From: a virus
Taxonomy: Duplodnaviria > Caudoviricetes
Length of the DNA stretch: 64,000 bases
Virus record (IMG/VR): IMGVR_UViG_3300002220_000279
Coordinates: 2,162 to 66,161 of that record
Direction: 5' to 3' (one strand)
In this document: positions 9,883-20,994 of the stretch, in pieces
Layout: each line of letters begins with the position of its first letter
Numbering within the stretch: the first letter of the stretch is position 1
Notes under the pieces: model-generated
Database searches by the model: none
Seen by the model: the letters and a program-made list of their open reading frames with translations, nothing else
What the model was told of the DNA's origin: nothing
Made by a program: the position numbers and the translations under genes

Positions 9883-11926
9883 TTTGAGATATCCTTTCCT
9901 TAACAAAATTGTTTATAACTCTAGAAACAGATTTATCATATATAGAATATGTTTCGTTAAATAGTTCTTTTTGTTTTATGGATTTTTTAAGTCATTGTTC
10001 ACCGCTCATGGTTGGAGCTGTTGATGTTCCTCCCATTGATGGCATTGCAGAATTGTTCATCATAGGAGATGATGGAGCTACGGAATCTGTTCCCAAATCT
10101 GCACCTAATCCCATTGATGACATTGCGTCCATATCTCCGCTCAAATCAGGTCCCATTGGTGGCATAATACCACCTGCGCCCATATCACCCGGCATCATTC
10201 CCTGACCTGCTAAACTTACTAAAGGCGTTGTTCTTTTCTTTTCTTTACTAATTTCTAATAATTCTTCTACAGTATATATAACACCTTGTGTCTGTGCGAT
10301 AGTGAGTGCATATTCTGCTAATTTCTGTCTCATTTTATACGCTTCTTCGAGTGCTATTTCATCTTCCGACATATTGTGCAACTCTTTTTGGCAATAGTGT
10401 AGAGAATGAGTTCCTGCAGATACTAATGATGTTCCTACAGCTGCCTGAGAATTGAGATTCTGTAGTTTCATTTGAGCAAGCATTTCAGATGGAGCGTTGG
10501 GAATTAGTTCAAAGCTATCTATTTCCTCAGCGGTATACCCCTTAACAAACAAATGAATAACTGCTAAATGGGTCATAGCCTCTATCCATGCCTGTTGAAT
10601 CCTTGAAACCGTCTCTGCGTATCTGACATCTTCTTGTGCTAATGTATTCTTTGCATTAATGTTTTCTTCAAAAGATAAGAATGCTCTGGGGACACCTAAC
10701 CCGGATAAAAACTTTGTATGAAGATATTTAACGTCCTCTATAGCATCTCACTGTAATCCATCTATAATGCTTATATCATCTGCATCGTCTTTGTTTCGCT
10801 TGGGGACAAATAAGTTTTCATCCATTGACAGCAAACTTTTACGATAATCAATATTTCCTTGTTCATCGGTAATAACACTTCTTGTAAGATTAGTTTTGTA
10901 TTTCTCTATATATGCTGGAATATCTTCTACTGACATATTGCCAACCATAACAGTGTATTTATAACGAGACGGAGCTCTTGTTAATCTATGGATGACCATA
11001 CTGTCTTCCATAATAATTAACTGTCTCCATATCCTCCTAGCACCCTCTAATAAGGACACTCCGTAAGGCATTGCTTTGCTTTCGCCATCTAATCTACAAT
11101 GTAAAACTTGGTAATTCTCATATGTATCTTGTGTATTATTATAAAAAGGAGACCCTAAATAATGAGCATAATTGATTGCGTAATTACCTCCGGCAATCAT
11201 TTTAAAGTTATACGAAAACGGATTATTTGCATCGATTCCCTCTTGTCTTTCTATATCAAACGTTTCAACAGGTATCAAGTTTGTTATTCCACGAGTTTTA
11301 TCGTAAATAATAAAATTAAAGTGGTCTCCATATTTGGCTAAACCGCGAATCTGATGCCACCCCTTAGAGTTTAACTTTAAAGTTTTGAAAAACAAATCTT
11401 CTAAATCTCTTTGCACATCACCGTTACTAGATTTAACAGTAAACACATTACCATCAACACCCTTTTTTGTTGCATCGTTAGCTACAGCATCCAAAGCTCT
11501 GGATACCTCAGGGGAATAACTATCCATTTTTGCATATTCGCTATACCTGTATAACCTCGTATCACCATAATTAAGCATTGCATCTTGATATAACTTATTG
11601 GTAATTCGTTGAAAATATGGAGAATATACATTAGAATTTTGTTTTAAAGAAACTATAACGTCATCATAGTGCGACAAATCTGCTACAAGATTGGGGGTGG
11701 ATAAAAGTTTCCCTAATTTTTGAAAAACGCTTCTAGGGGCATATCGAATCTTGTTAAAGGTTGCTCTGGTGCTGACAATTGGAATAGTGTTAGCTTGTGC
11801 TGTAGCAATATTTTGTTCCTCAGCTCCCTGCCTTTTGTAAATTACTGGTTCAGGTCTGACAATTGGAGTAGTATTCGCCTTACGCTGATGTGTAACTTGT
11901 GAATCATATCTAATTTTATCTGGCAT
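9875..11926 (-). CDS. gp20: portal protein, T4 gp20-like, 683 aa, TGA=Trp at 10748 and 9992
   Basis: YGVSLLEGARRIWRQLIIMEDSMVIHRLTRAP, IDGLQ[TGA]DAIEDVKYL..KFLSGLGVPRAFL, TLAQEDVRYA; the two track ORFs are halves of one portal. Confidence 0.93.
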
Positions 11927-11945
11927 ATTTACATTCTCACTTTAG

Positions 11946-12314
11946 TTATATACTGTGTATTGTAGTGTATGGCTTCTTGCCATCTTTTCTTGATTTTTTT
12001 GCTAACGGATTTTCTTTTTCATCCGAACCTGCAATTATTTCCCTATCTTCAGGCTCATAGTAATCCTCAGTGTTAAATATGTAATCTAAAGAAAGAGATG
12101 TTTTGTCTTTGGGATAACCGCCATTTTTAGATTTTTTTTGCGGAGCATAATCTCTTCACTCTCCTACTCCCACAGATGCGGTATCGCAGTTTTCTTTAAT
12201 AGGTTTGTTGATTTGTTTTTGAACAACTTTTCGCTTTTCTTTTTTGTCTAAATCTACTTCATATATAGACATTGTTCCATTGTCATATTCAAATAAAAAC
12301 GTATCTTTTACCAT
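11946..12314 (-). CDS. hypothetical protein, 122 aa, TGA=Trp at 12156-12158 (absent from the track)
   Basis: TAATG coupling to the upstream gene; open to TAA at 11946, just before the portal start. Confidence 0.65.
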
Positions 12315-13096
12315 TACGGTGTTATCCTTTCCATAAGGGATATATCAAAGGTTATCCACGCACAAGCATTACTTTGTCTTGCTCCATCTGTAGTTATGTA
12401 TAACGACACATTTTCTTCCCCATCTATTTCTAATGAAAGTATATCATTGAATTGGTCATTTGCATTAGTTAGTAATTTTTGAGCGATTATTTCGGGAGGG
12501 TTTGTTCCGTTAAACTTTACTATGCCGGAATATTCGACAACATTTAAATCTGCTATATCATCGCATTGGGATACGTGTAACCTTGTTATAATGTAAGCCA
12601 TGCCCCTAACTCCGTTATTCTTCATATCTTTGAACAAAATGGGGCTTAATTTGGCAAGGTCTCCCGAAATTATGACAGGAAGTAAAAAGACATAACGATA
12701 TTTTTCAAAAATAGAATCTGTGCTATAATCAGATATCTCTGAATAAACATAATCATCCATAGATACTGCAGATGTGCTTTTGGGAGTTCTTACCGTATGA
12801 GATTTTGCTGTAATGCTATTAGATTGTATTTGCGCAGCAGTGATAGATGAAATGCTTGCGAATCCCAATGAGCCACTTAAACTGTTTATTGCATTAGACC
12901 AGATTAGCGGAGAGGTTAAGGAATTTCCTATACTTACATTATATACATTAAGTGTGTCTATGATTTCCAAACTGCTTATAGACATTTGTCCCACGTATTC
13001 CCCCTGCAAACCTTTGTATAATATCAACAACAAGTTTGCATCAATGGGAGCTTGGGGATATATTAATCCACTTAATGATTGCAGAGTATCGAACAT
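12314..13096 (-). CDS. hypothetical (probable virion) protein
   Basis: 260-aa ORF, Ser/Ile-rich, beta-like composition. Confidence 0.65.
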   Translation of the reverse strand: MFDTLQSLSGLIYPQAPIDANLLLILYKGLQGEYVGQMSISSLEIIDTLNVYNVSIGNSLTSPLIWSNAINSLSGSLGFASISSITAAQIQSNSITAKSHTVRTPKSTSAVSMDDYVYSEISDYSTDSIFEKYRYVFLLPVIISGDLAKLSPILFKDMKNNGVRGMAYIITRLHVSQCDDIADLNVVEYSGIVKFNGTNPPEIIAQKLLTNANDQFNDILSLEIDGEENVSLYITTDGARQSNACAWITFDISLMERITP

Positions 13097-13098
13097 AC

Positions 13099-13788
13099 TT
13101 AAACCTTAGATTCCTCTACATCCAATATAGATACGGCTTGGGTAGGTATAAAAAATTGTACCGTAGGATAAGAAATTTTTAGGTCACCTATAGTCATCCA
13201 CTGTTTCATTAAATTGCCGTATTTGTTATCGTAAGCAATTACGTGTATAAATGATTGTTGACTTAATTTATTTATTTCTCCAGATTTGACATAAACCCAT
13301 TTATGTTCTACTTCGTTTGATTTATTCATGTATGCTATTTTAACAACACGATATTTTTCCGCATCATTACAAGACACCTCTGCTACCGAACTTTCGTGTA
13401 AACCAACATAACTAAATTTCTTATTTTCCCACTCGTTAATCACTTTGGCGCGAACTTTAAGCGTTTGTTCTTTTTCCATTGATGAGTTTTCCTTATTAAT
13501 TGTTATTACGTAATAATCTGCTATTTTGTTGTCTGAATATTTGGAATGTTTCTTTATTCTGTGAGCAAATGCCCCCCTACTCTCTAACTCCTGTCTTAAA
13601 GTTTGGTCAAATGCATCGGATACATCAGAGTTAAGGATTATTTTACCAACTCTTAGTAACTTTTCAATTCTATTGATAGCATATTGCTTATACGAATAAT
13701 CAGCATCTCACACATCGGGATTCTCTGGGGGATTAGTAACTTTCAGACTGTCTAAATATTGAATTATTTGCTCTTTGGCATTATTCAT
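13099..13788 (-). CDS. hypothetical protein, 229 aa, TGA=Trp at 13708-13710
   Basis: ATG at 13788 reads in frame through the TGA into track ORF 13099..13479. Confidence 0.7.
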
Positions 13789-13816
13789 GTTTATAAATAT
13801 CCTTACTATTATTTAT

Positions 13817-13823
13817 TATATAG
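13817..13823 (-). promoter_or_regulatory. candidate late promoter CTATATA
   Basis: In the 59-bp gap upstream of the 13788 gene. Confidence 0.35.
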
Positions 13824-13847
13824 ATAGAATTATTGACTTTTAGCATT

Positions 13848-14588
13848 TTACATTTCCGCTCCACTAGGACCCCCTGTCAGATTGCCAGAATTGTTAATTC
13901 CTCCCAACATATTGTTGTCTCCTACGGATGATAACTGATTATCGTTCACATCTATATATTTCTTGCGTTTTAGATGTCTCTTGTCTAATTCTAGTGGCTC
14001 TTTTTCGTGTGATTGTATAAAATTCTTGATATACGGCTCCATTCAAATAGCGAATTGTAGAGTAGCGTATACGTGATGACATATCCAAACTCTCTGTAAC
14101 ATCGGGTCATTGATAACTGGCGGTCTATTTTCAGGGTAAATGGCGGCATCATATTGCGTTAGTTGATATGCTCTATAATATTGGAAAGATGGGCATGAGC
14201 AGTAAACTTTAATATCGTGGTCCAATAATCTATACTCACCCCAGTTAATTGTCTTATCTTCTTCATTATAGGGATTCTCATATGCTATATTCTTTTCCCC
14301 CGCTCTATTTGTTGATTGGAATCACCGCTCATAATCTATTTCATCTGCGCTTTTTACTGCATCTTTTATATTCTTAATGTCTGGAAATTGTATTTGATTG
14401 TAGTATCTCCTACGGAATTCGCTGTAACTACGTATTTTAAGCGTTAGTATGTTGTTATTTGAATCTCATTCAAACAGTTTTATACTGGCTTTAACCTTAT
14501 CTCCTTTGAATACTATTGTAGGGATGTCCATACCATTTAGCTGGACTAAATCGCTAGCAGATAATTCCGTAATAAGTTTTTTACACAT
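13848..14588 (-). CDS. SWIM-type zinc-finger protein, 246 aa, TGA=Trp at 14466, 14322, 14043
   Basis: VYCSCPSFQY...WICHH motif; three TGAs join fragments into one ORF that fills the gap. Confidence 0.7.
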
Positions 14589-14593
14589 ATGTT

Positions 14594-15268
14594 TTATTTC
14601 TTAAATAGTTCAGTTAGATTAAATTTGGTTTCTATGCCAATTGCGTTGGGTGAAGCATACACCCCACCATAATATTTATTGTTGTATAACACCCCTCCAG
14701 ATATTTGGATATCTATTGCGGAGTCATCGTCATTATATCTTTTTCCACCAGCTAACCCAACAAACCACTGAAACCTATCGAATCTTTTTAACATTGATGG
14801 GTCAACCAAGACGCTTAAGGAGTCTTGTGTGTAGAACAGGTCATTGGATATATATCACTGCTTAAGAGTTGTGTCTGCATAAATAACAACGTTACTCTCT
14901 ATAGTGTTTTTACCGAATACCGTAATGAACTTATCATGGAACACATTAACTGTGAGAAATGTTTCCTTTCTGCTGTCAGCTCCAAACGGATACACAAATG
15001 TTGTATCATATATAGTTTCAGTCCCGCCACCTGGCAGGGTAACAGTTACAGTTTTTACAATAATTTTAGGGGGGAGAGATTTTAGCGAATCAATGTTTGT
15101 CTTTAATTGTCTAATTGAATCCTGAAATGCAAACTGCATAAGACTATCGGCTTGATATATGCCGTTTATTTCAGTTTGATGTTTCTTATTTAAAAGATAA
15201 TAAGTTATGCCAACAGACAGAACGACAAGTATAATCATAAGCACAAGCAAAAAATAAGTTTTTGTCAT
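14594..15268 (-). CDS. N-terminally membrane-anchored protein (possible spanin-like), 224 aa, TGA=Trp at 14855
   Basis: Hydrophobic residues ~5-25, short helical segment, beta-rich C-terminus; in-frame join of two track ORFs. Confidence 0.6.
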
Positions 15269-15316
15269 TTTTTTTCTCCATAGTAAAAAATATTGCTTTT
15301 TTTTGACAATATATAC

Positions 15317-15324
15317 CTATATAG
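15317..15324. promoter_or_regulatory. palindromic CTATATAG, candidate bidirectional late promoter
   Basis: Sits between the divergent genes starting at 15268 (-) and 15421 (+), both TGA-containing. Confidence 0.4.
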
Positions 15325-15420
15325 TGTAAATGACACAAAATTGTTTTCATCTTTTACAAAAATGGAGTTATTCTATAAGTTAGAAGTTGAATACAAAATA
15401 TTAAATGTAGGAAAGGTGAA

Positions 15421-15864
15421 ATGTCTGAGAAAATGTTCGTATTATTCCTTAACCGTCAAAACTCCTCAAAAGAGAGTGTTGACAAAACCGTTGAACAACT
15501 AAAAGATATTTTTGGCGAATCTATTGGAAAATTTGGGTTATGAAAGAACATAAGCACTAAAAAGTTCTTTTTAATCTTTAATGTAGATTCTGGTAATGTG
15601 GATGTAGATTATTTTCAAAAGAAATTGCAAGACTTAGAATTAGGTCGTGCTTTAGTTATGCACAAAAAGAACAATTGTATATTTTCCATTAATGCTCTAA
15701 AACGTCTTTTATTGGCAGAATATGGAGAGTGTGTTTTTGATGTTTCCAAACAAAAAGAAATGACATTATCTTGGCAAAATTACCACAACAAGATAGCTTT
15801 ATTGAACAAAAGCGAATCGTTGGTACTTGACCCTATTCGTTTTATAAGGAACGTGGAGATTTAA
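15421..15864 (+). CDS. hypothetical protein, 147 aa, TGA=Trp at 15541-15543
   Basis: GAAAGGTGAA-ATG start; in frame with track ORF 15598..15864. Confidence 0.7.
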
Positions 15865-16733
15865 TGGATACCCCAAAAGAAAAACTTAATGATTCCCCAC
15901 AAACTATTGATGAGAAGAAATTAGAAGAGTTCATTAGCAATTCAAAAGACGGTGGATTTTATATACATCCAGAATTATTTGTGGTGATATTTCCGATGGA
16001 CAGGTCTTTGGGAGAGTTTACTGTTGAAAAACAAGTTTTATTCGAATCAATTGTGGATAATATACTCCAACAAAAAACTCTTGATAAGTTTGCTATAACA
16101 GTAGTATTCGCTTATCCAAAATCTATTGACGATAAGTGGAAAGAGTATATAAATTTGTTAACAAGCTCTCTAAACGAAAGAATATCTAAAAACGATGAGT
16201 TTAAGGAAATATTTAACTTTGTTTGCAGAGAATCTGACAAAGAAGATTTTGATTATGTTTTGGACTTTGTTAAGGACAATACTTGCCAACAGGGAAAATA
16301 TGTAACATTTAGAACTATGTCTCCTGTAAGCTGGTATCCTAGACACTTATATTTGCATTTTTCAAAATTTGAAAATAAGAAATCCCAATACGCTTGGTCA
16401 ATTTCTAAAGTTCATATTTGTAACAGAAATGAAGTAGGAAACTTAAAGTCCGAAACACTGTCATTTAGAACAACTTTCCCCAAGAACAAAGATGAGATTT
16501 TATTAGACGAAATGTGTTTTGTGTTTCCGTATATAATGGCTCAAAACTTTAACAACATTATAGAAGTAAAAGATGGAGCTAGTCTTTTACATCCATATCT
16601 ATTATTGAGTGATGCTCACAGATACAAGATGAGCGGTTTTATTCCAGAAGAAATAAGTGTAAAAGCATACGTTAATTATAGGCACAACAAAATTAGCGTT
16701 AACAAAGAAAAGAACTCCCTTAAATTTGAGTAA
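15864..16733 (+). CDS. divergent GT2-like glycosyltransferase
   Basis: GKYVTFRTMSPVSWYPRHL resembles the GT-A segment G.YI..LD.DD.W.P.HL, but the DXD is absent. Confidence 0.35.
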   Translation: MDTPKEKLNDSPQTIDEKKLEEFISNSKDGGFYIHPELFVVIFPMDRSLGEFTVEKQVLFESIVDNILQQKTLDKFAITVVFAYPKSIDDKWKEYINLLTSSLNERISKNDEFKEIFNFVCRESDKEDFDYVLDFVKDNTCQQGKYVTFRTMSPVSWYPRHLYLHFSKFENKKSQYAWSISKVHICNRNEVGNLKSETLSFRTTFPKNKDEILLDEMCFVFPYIMAQNFNNIIEVKDGASLLHPYLLLSDAHRYKMSGFIPEEISVKAYVNYRHNKISVNKEKNSLKFE

Positions 16734-16743
16734 TGAGGTAAGA

Positions 16744-17763
16744 ATGTTTAACAAAGAAAAGAATACCATTTTTGTGTATTGCCCGGATATCAACGTTTAC
16801 AATAGTACGGTTGACCTAATGTATGATTATGCAAATATAATCAAAGAACAACTTAAATATAATGTTGTTATTCTACACTCCAAAGATACCTTTGGACACA
16901 TTAATTGGAAAAACAAGCCAGAGTGCGAGATTAGATATCTAACTTCTGATATCCGTTTCGATGAACAGGATATATTGCTATTCCCTGCAGACAACGTTGC
17001 ACTATTGTTTACAATTAAGGACCTAAAGGTTAGAAAAATTCCTGTAGTTGTTGAAGCTTACAACTTTATAGCAGCTTCATTATTTACAACAAAGCATTCT
17101 GCGGCACTGCACATCAAAGATTTGGGTGTTGAAAAAGTGTTAGTATTAGATAATGACTCTGTGTTGGGAAAAGATAACATTGACACACTACTAAAGGGAT
17201 TTTTTAAAGTAAGTGACGAAGATATCATTCACCAGCCGTTTCAATACATTAACACAGACCTTTATAATGATGTTATGGAAACTACCACTGAACCTACCGT
17301 CAAACCATTAGAGGATGGAACGTTTACTGTTGAGGATGTTGTAGAAACAAAGAAAAAAGATATTGATGTTCTGATTAAAGTCGGTCACGCGGTAACCAAT
17401 TCTTTAGTTGGATATTTGGTCAACAACAATACTCACGGATGGACAATAGATTTTGTGGACTATACTATGTCAGAAAGCGTTAGAGCCAATAAAATGAAAA
17501 GCTCCAAAGTTTACATAGATGTGGACCATCATTCTATAGAAACCGCTAGAGCTCGGCATTGTAAAAATTATGTGATGGGTCACGTAATCGATACAATTAA
17601 CGAGGTAGGTGTTGAGTGTTTTATCGATATGATAAAAAAATTAATCGAAAGTGGTGAAGATAAACATTTTAAAAATCTTAACAAGAACGCCAAAAAAGTA
17701 AATTTATCCCAAACAAAGGAAATGATTAAATATGATGCATGTAAACAAGAAAAAGCCGAGTAA
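16744..17763 (+). CDS. divergent glycosyltransferase-like protein (GT-B N-terminus-like)
   Basis: TIFVYCPD...LMYDYANIIKEQLKYNVVILHSK pattern; start at ATG 16744 inferred. Confidence 0.35.
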   Translation: MFNKEKNTIFVYCPDINVYNSTVDLMYDYANIIKEQLKYNVVILHSKDTFGHINWKNKPECEIRYLTSDIRFDEQDILLFPADNVALLFTIKDLKVRKIPVVVEAYNFIAASLFTTKHSAALHIKDLGVEKVLVLDNDSVLGKDNIDTLLKGFFKVSDEDIIHQPFQYINTDLYNDVMETTTEPTVKPLEDGTFTVEDVVETKKKDIDVLIKVGHAVTNSLVGYLVNNNTHGWTIDFVDYTMSESVRANKMKSSKVYIDVDHHSIETARARHCKNYVMGHVIDTINEVGVECFIDMIKKLIESGEDKHFKNLNKNAKKVNLSQTKEMIKYDACKQEKAE

Positions 17764-17953
17764 GATAACTGGCACTCGTTCAGATAGGAATGTGAAAGCA
17801 GATGAATCTTATATTCCTACACCCGTAGCAGAAAAACAAACAAAAAAATTAGAACATGCATCTCCCGTCACAGAGATGGTGACAGAGATGACTACAGAAG
17901 AAGAATCTACCCCTAAAGGTACAAGAAAAAAGAAAGAAAGTAACCCCGAATAA
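17732..17953 (+). CDS. small hypothetical protein
   Basis: 73-aa low-complexity ORF. Confidence 0.45.
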   Translation: MMHVNKKKPSKITGTRSDRNVKADESYIPTPVAEKQTKKLEHASPVTEMVTEMTTEEESTPKGTRKKKESNPE

Positions 17954-18016
17954 CCCTGAGTTATTAAGTTATGTAAAGAAAGTTTTATATAGTAGGTTAT
18001 TTGTGATATTGATTAA

Positions 18017-18060
18017 GAGTGGCAAACCTAAATTATATAGGCTCGTCACTCTTTTTCTTT
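18017..18060 (+). terminator. probable Rho-independent terminator
   Basis: AGAGTGGCAAACCTA...TAGGCTCGTCACTCT imperfect stem followed by TTTTTCTTT. Confidence 0.5.
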
Positions 18061-18106
18061 TATGGAGTTATTTATATGTATAAGCAAAAACCCAAAGGAG
18101 AAAAAC

Positions 18107-18949
18107 ATGGGAAAATTACGTTACAAGTTAAGTGAACAAGCGGTTGAACAGAACAAACAGGAGCTTACTAATTTGCAAGGGGAAACACCATTTCTTAAAG
18201 CTGAGGAATCTATTCATTTTAGAATTCTTCCCAATTTGAGTGTTGGTGATGGCGAATCGTGGTTTAAATACCTAAAAATTCATTCCAATTTAACGCACAA
18301 TGGAAAATTTGTATTTGTCAAGTGTGCTAAAAGTGATGATGATAGTGTAGTATGCCCTATTTGCAAATATGTGGCTAAACTTTATGATAATGCTCAGAAC
18401 GATGCAGAGAAGAAAGTTGCCGCCAATATTCAGAGAAAGAACAACTGGTTTGTGCCTGTTTACGTTAGAGAGGGGTCTTGTGCTGGTCAGGTCAGATGGT
18501 GGAAAATGACACAAGACAACATTAAAAAGGTTAATGATTTCCTTGCGGGGAAACATACAAAAGACAACATTAAAAAGGTTAATGATTTCCTTGCGGAGAA
18601 ACGTACAAAAGATTGTTGTGATATTTATGACGGAACCGATTTCATTCTTACTCCAGTTACTAAAAGTATCAAAAAGGATGCTAAACCCTTTAAGATGATT
18701 GATTTCAAACTTGAAGATGATGATATCCCTTTGGCGAATAGTGATGAAGAGATGGAAAAAATTATTAATGCTCAAGAGCCATTGGAAAACATTATTAAGA
18801 CTTTTTCTGATTCGGAGCTTAAGGTTATGTTAGAAAATTATATAGCACATGTTCCCGGAGAGAGCGATGTATTAGAATCCCCTGCAGAAGCAGAAGAATC
18901 TGCTAATAAGCAGGACGAAAAATTAGACACATTGTTAGAAAGCGTATAA
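18107..18949 (+). CDS. single-stranded DNA-binding protein, gp32-like
   Basis: FRILP, HSN...FVKC...CPICKY, NWFVPVYVRE, DIYDGTDF, acidic tail; AAGGAG before ATG 18107; next to recA. Confidence 0.8.
   Translation: MGKLRYKLSEQAVEQNKQELTNLQGETPFLKAEESIHFRILPNLSVGDGESWFKYLKIHSNLTHNGKFVFVKCAKSDDDSVVCPICKYVAKLYDNAQNDAEKKVAANIQRKNNWFVPVYVREGSCAGQVRWWKMTQDNIKKVNDFLAGKHTKDNIKKVNDFLAEKRTKDCCDIYDGTDFILTPVTKSIKKDAKPFKMIDFKLEDDDIPLANSDEEMEKIINAQEPLENIIKTFSDSELKVMLENYIAHVPGESDVLESPAEAEESANKQDEKLDTLLESV
18513..18608 (+). repeat. 48-bp in-frame tandem duplication inside SSB
   Basis: aagacaacattaaaaaggttaatgatttccttgcgg at 18513 and 18561 (DNIKKVNDFLA x2). Confidence 0.9.
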
Positions 18950-18962
18950 TAGGCGGAAAATA

Positions 18963-20150
18963 ATGGCTATCAAGAAAAAAGAAGTTGACAAATCTAAAGA
19001 TTTAAACGAATCTGCAGAAAATGATTTACTTAACGAGTTCGTAAAAGAAACCAATGCAAAGGGACAGGTAGCCTATAATCCAGAACAAGATAGGGAATAC
19101 TTTGAGGTAAAACGTTGGGTATCTACTGGCTCTGTGGCTTTGGACTATAAAATGTCTGGTCGTAGAGAGGGTGGTGTCCCCTATGGTTTTATTACAGAGT
19201 TTGCCGGAGAACCGGCATCTGGAAAATCTTTGTTGGCATGGCACATTGTAAAAAACGCTCAAATTCAAGACAATGCTATTTGCGTGTATTACGATGTAGA
19301 AAGCAGAGTCAACAATTCATTTATGGACCTTATAGGTATTAACAGGCAGAAAACTACTGTTATAGAGGGACTGAAAAGTGCTGAGGACATATTTAATAAC
19401 ATAATGTTGTTCTTAAAGAAATTGTCTCTTAGTAAAAATCCCGACCGCTATGCAGTAATTATTATTGACTCTATTGCTCAAATGACATCTATTGAGGAAT
19501 TAGATAAGGATTTCGGTGAGAAAACTATGGGTTCGCGTTCAAGACTATTGCACGAACTTTATCGTAAAGTAAATGCTAGTTTGAGAAATTATAACGTGGC
19601 GTTGGTGGCTTTAAACCAAATTAGACAAAACATGAACAAGAAAAATAAGTATGATGATGACCATTATATCCCTAGTGGAACAGCCACAGAGCATAATGCA
19701 TCATTAAGAGTCCGTTTATATTGTTCATCTATGTTTAAAAATTCTGATGGTGAAGTTATTGGCAACCGTATCAGAGCTAAAATCACTAAGAACAGCTTTG
19801 TTCCTGCCAATAGAGTAGCATCGTTCCCATTATATTATGCCGACGGCATAGCTAATGAGGAATCTGTTGAGGAATTATTGGTTGATGGTGGAATCATCAA
19901 AGGAACTACGTGGAAATCGTTAACTATTGCATCAGGTAAAGAATATAAGTGGCAGGGAGCTGCTAAATTCAGGTTATTGTATTTGTCGGATGATGAATTC
20001 AGAAATTACTGTTTAGATGAGTTGGAAAATCTTCTCAAGTATGTTCCTGAAAATTGGTATAATGTCCAAAAATTTGAAGAAAAGATAGCAATCAAAGAAT
20101 CTGAAAGGGAAAAAGAAGAGACAGTATTTGACAAGTTGATAGATGAATAA
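18963..20150 (+). CDS. recA: RecA/UvsX recombinase
   Basis: STGSVALD, GFITEFAGEPASGKS (Walker A), YYDVE, IIIDSIA, ALNQIR, RIRAKITKN. Confidence 0.95.
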   Translation: MAIKKKEVDKSKDLNESAENDLLNEFVKETNAKGQVAYNPEQDREYFEVKRWVSTGSVALDYKMSGRREGGVPYGFITEFAGEPASGKSLLAWHIVKNAQIQDNAICVYYDVESRVNNSFMDLIGINRQKTTVIEGLKSAEDIFNNIMLFLKKLSLSKNPDRYAVIIIDSIAQMTSIEELDKDFGEKTMGSRSRLLHELYRKVNASLRNYNVALVALNQIRQNMNKKNKYDDDHYIPSGTATEHNASLRVRLYCSSMFKNSDGEVIGNRIRAKITKNSFVPANRVASFPLYYADGIANEESVEELLVDGGIIKGTTWKSLTIASGKEYKWQGAAKFRLLYLSDDEFRNYCLDELENLLKYVPENWYNVQKFEEKIAIKESEREKEETVFDKLIDE

Positions 20151-20992
20151 TGATTGTTAACAGAAAACCCCCTGTAGAAATAAAAGCGCCATCGGTAGTT
20201 ATTATTGATGGCGCTAATCTTAATATGATAGTTAATAGTAAATCGATTAATGTTGCGAATATTATCAATTACATCATATTTCTGTATAAAAAGTATAGAC
20301 CTCAAAAGATGGTAATTGTCTTTGAGGGGAACAATTCTCTCAAAAGACGTAGAAAGGTGTATTCGGAATACAAAAAAAACACCGGCAACATGTATAATGT
20401 TAAAAAGTTAGACATACTCCGCAATCTACCGATACACTTTCTCAATTTTGCTAATTTGGAATCAGATGATGTAATCTCTATTTTAGTTGGAAATCATTTT
20501 GAAGAATACAAGAAAATTATCGTATCAAGCGATAAAGATTATTACCAATTATTAGAAGATGATATTCTTATCTATGACCCAATACAAAAACAAGAATTTA
20601 ACCAAACGTGGTTTAAAGATACGTACGGATTCAATCCCCCCAATTTTCTTTACTACAAAGCGTTAATTGGGGATAAATCTGATAATATTAGTGGAGTATA
20701 TGGGTTTGGTAAGGAAAAGTTCAATAAGCATTTTAGCAAGTATTTTGATGAAGATTGGGATGATGAATTTGTATATGAAAAGATAAAGGACTACATAGAC
20801 AGTTCAAAATTTCAGGAGTTATTATATGTTATAAAGCAACCGAATGTTTCCCTATACAGTTTAAACGAATTAAACGGTATTGATGGAGAACTCAAAAGAG
20901 AATTGGGTTTTGACTATATGCAGATTATTAAAGAGTGTGGTATCAGTATAAAACGAGAAGAACTATTGAAATTGATTAGTCTAGGAAAATAA
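20150..20992 (+). CDS. 5'-3' exonuclease / RNase H (PIN-like, T4 rnh type)
   Basis: IIDGANL, VFEG...RRKVYSEYK, ESDDVI, SSDKDYYQL, KALIGDKSDNISGV. Confidence 0.9.
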   Translation: MIVNRKPPVEIKAPSVVIIDGANLNMIVNSKSINVANIINYIIFLYKKYRPQKMVIVFEGNNSLKRRRKVYSEYKKNTGNMYNVKKLDILRNLPIHFLNFANLESDDVISILVGNHFEEYKKIIVSSDKDYYQLLEDDILIYDPIQKQEFNQTWFKDTYGFNPPNFLYYKALIGDKSDNISGVYGFGKEKFNKHFSKYFDEDWDDEFVYEKIKDYIDSSKFQELLYVIKQPNVSLYSLNELNGIDGELKRELGFDYMQIIKECGISIKREELLKLISLGK

Positions 20993-20994
20993 GA

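Noticed and set aside
771-14865. Plus-strand track ORFs in the head module (e.g. 771..1046, 2406..2783, 4317..4703, 6514..6864, 9909..10205)
   Set aside because: Antisense shadows of well-supported minus-strand genes; no RBS or motifs.
15293-15325. TTGCTT/TTGACA as a further early promoter
   Set aside because: No -10 hexamer at 16-17 bp spacing.
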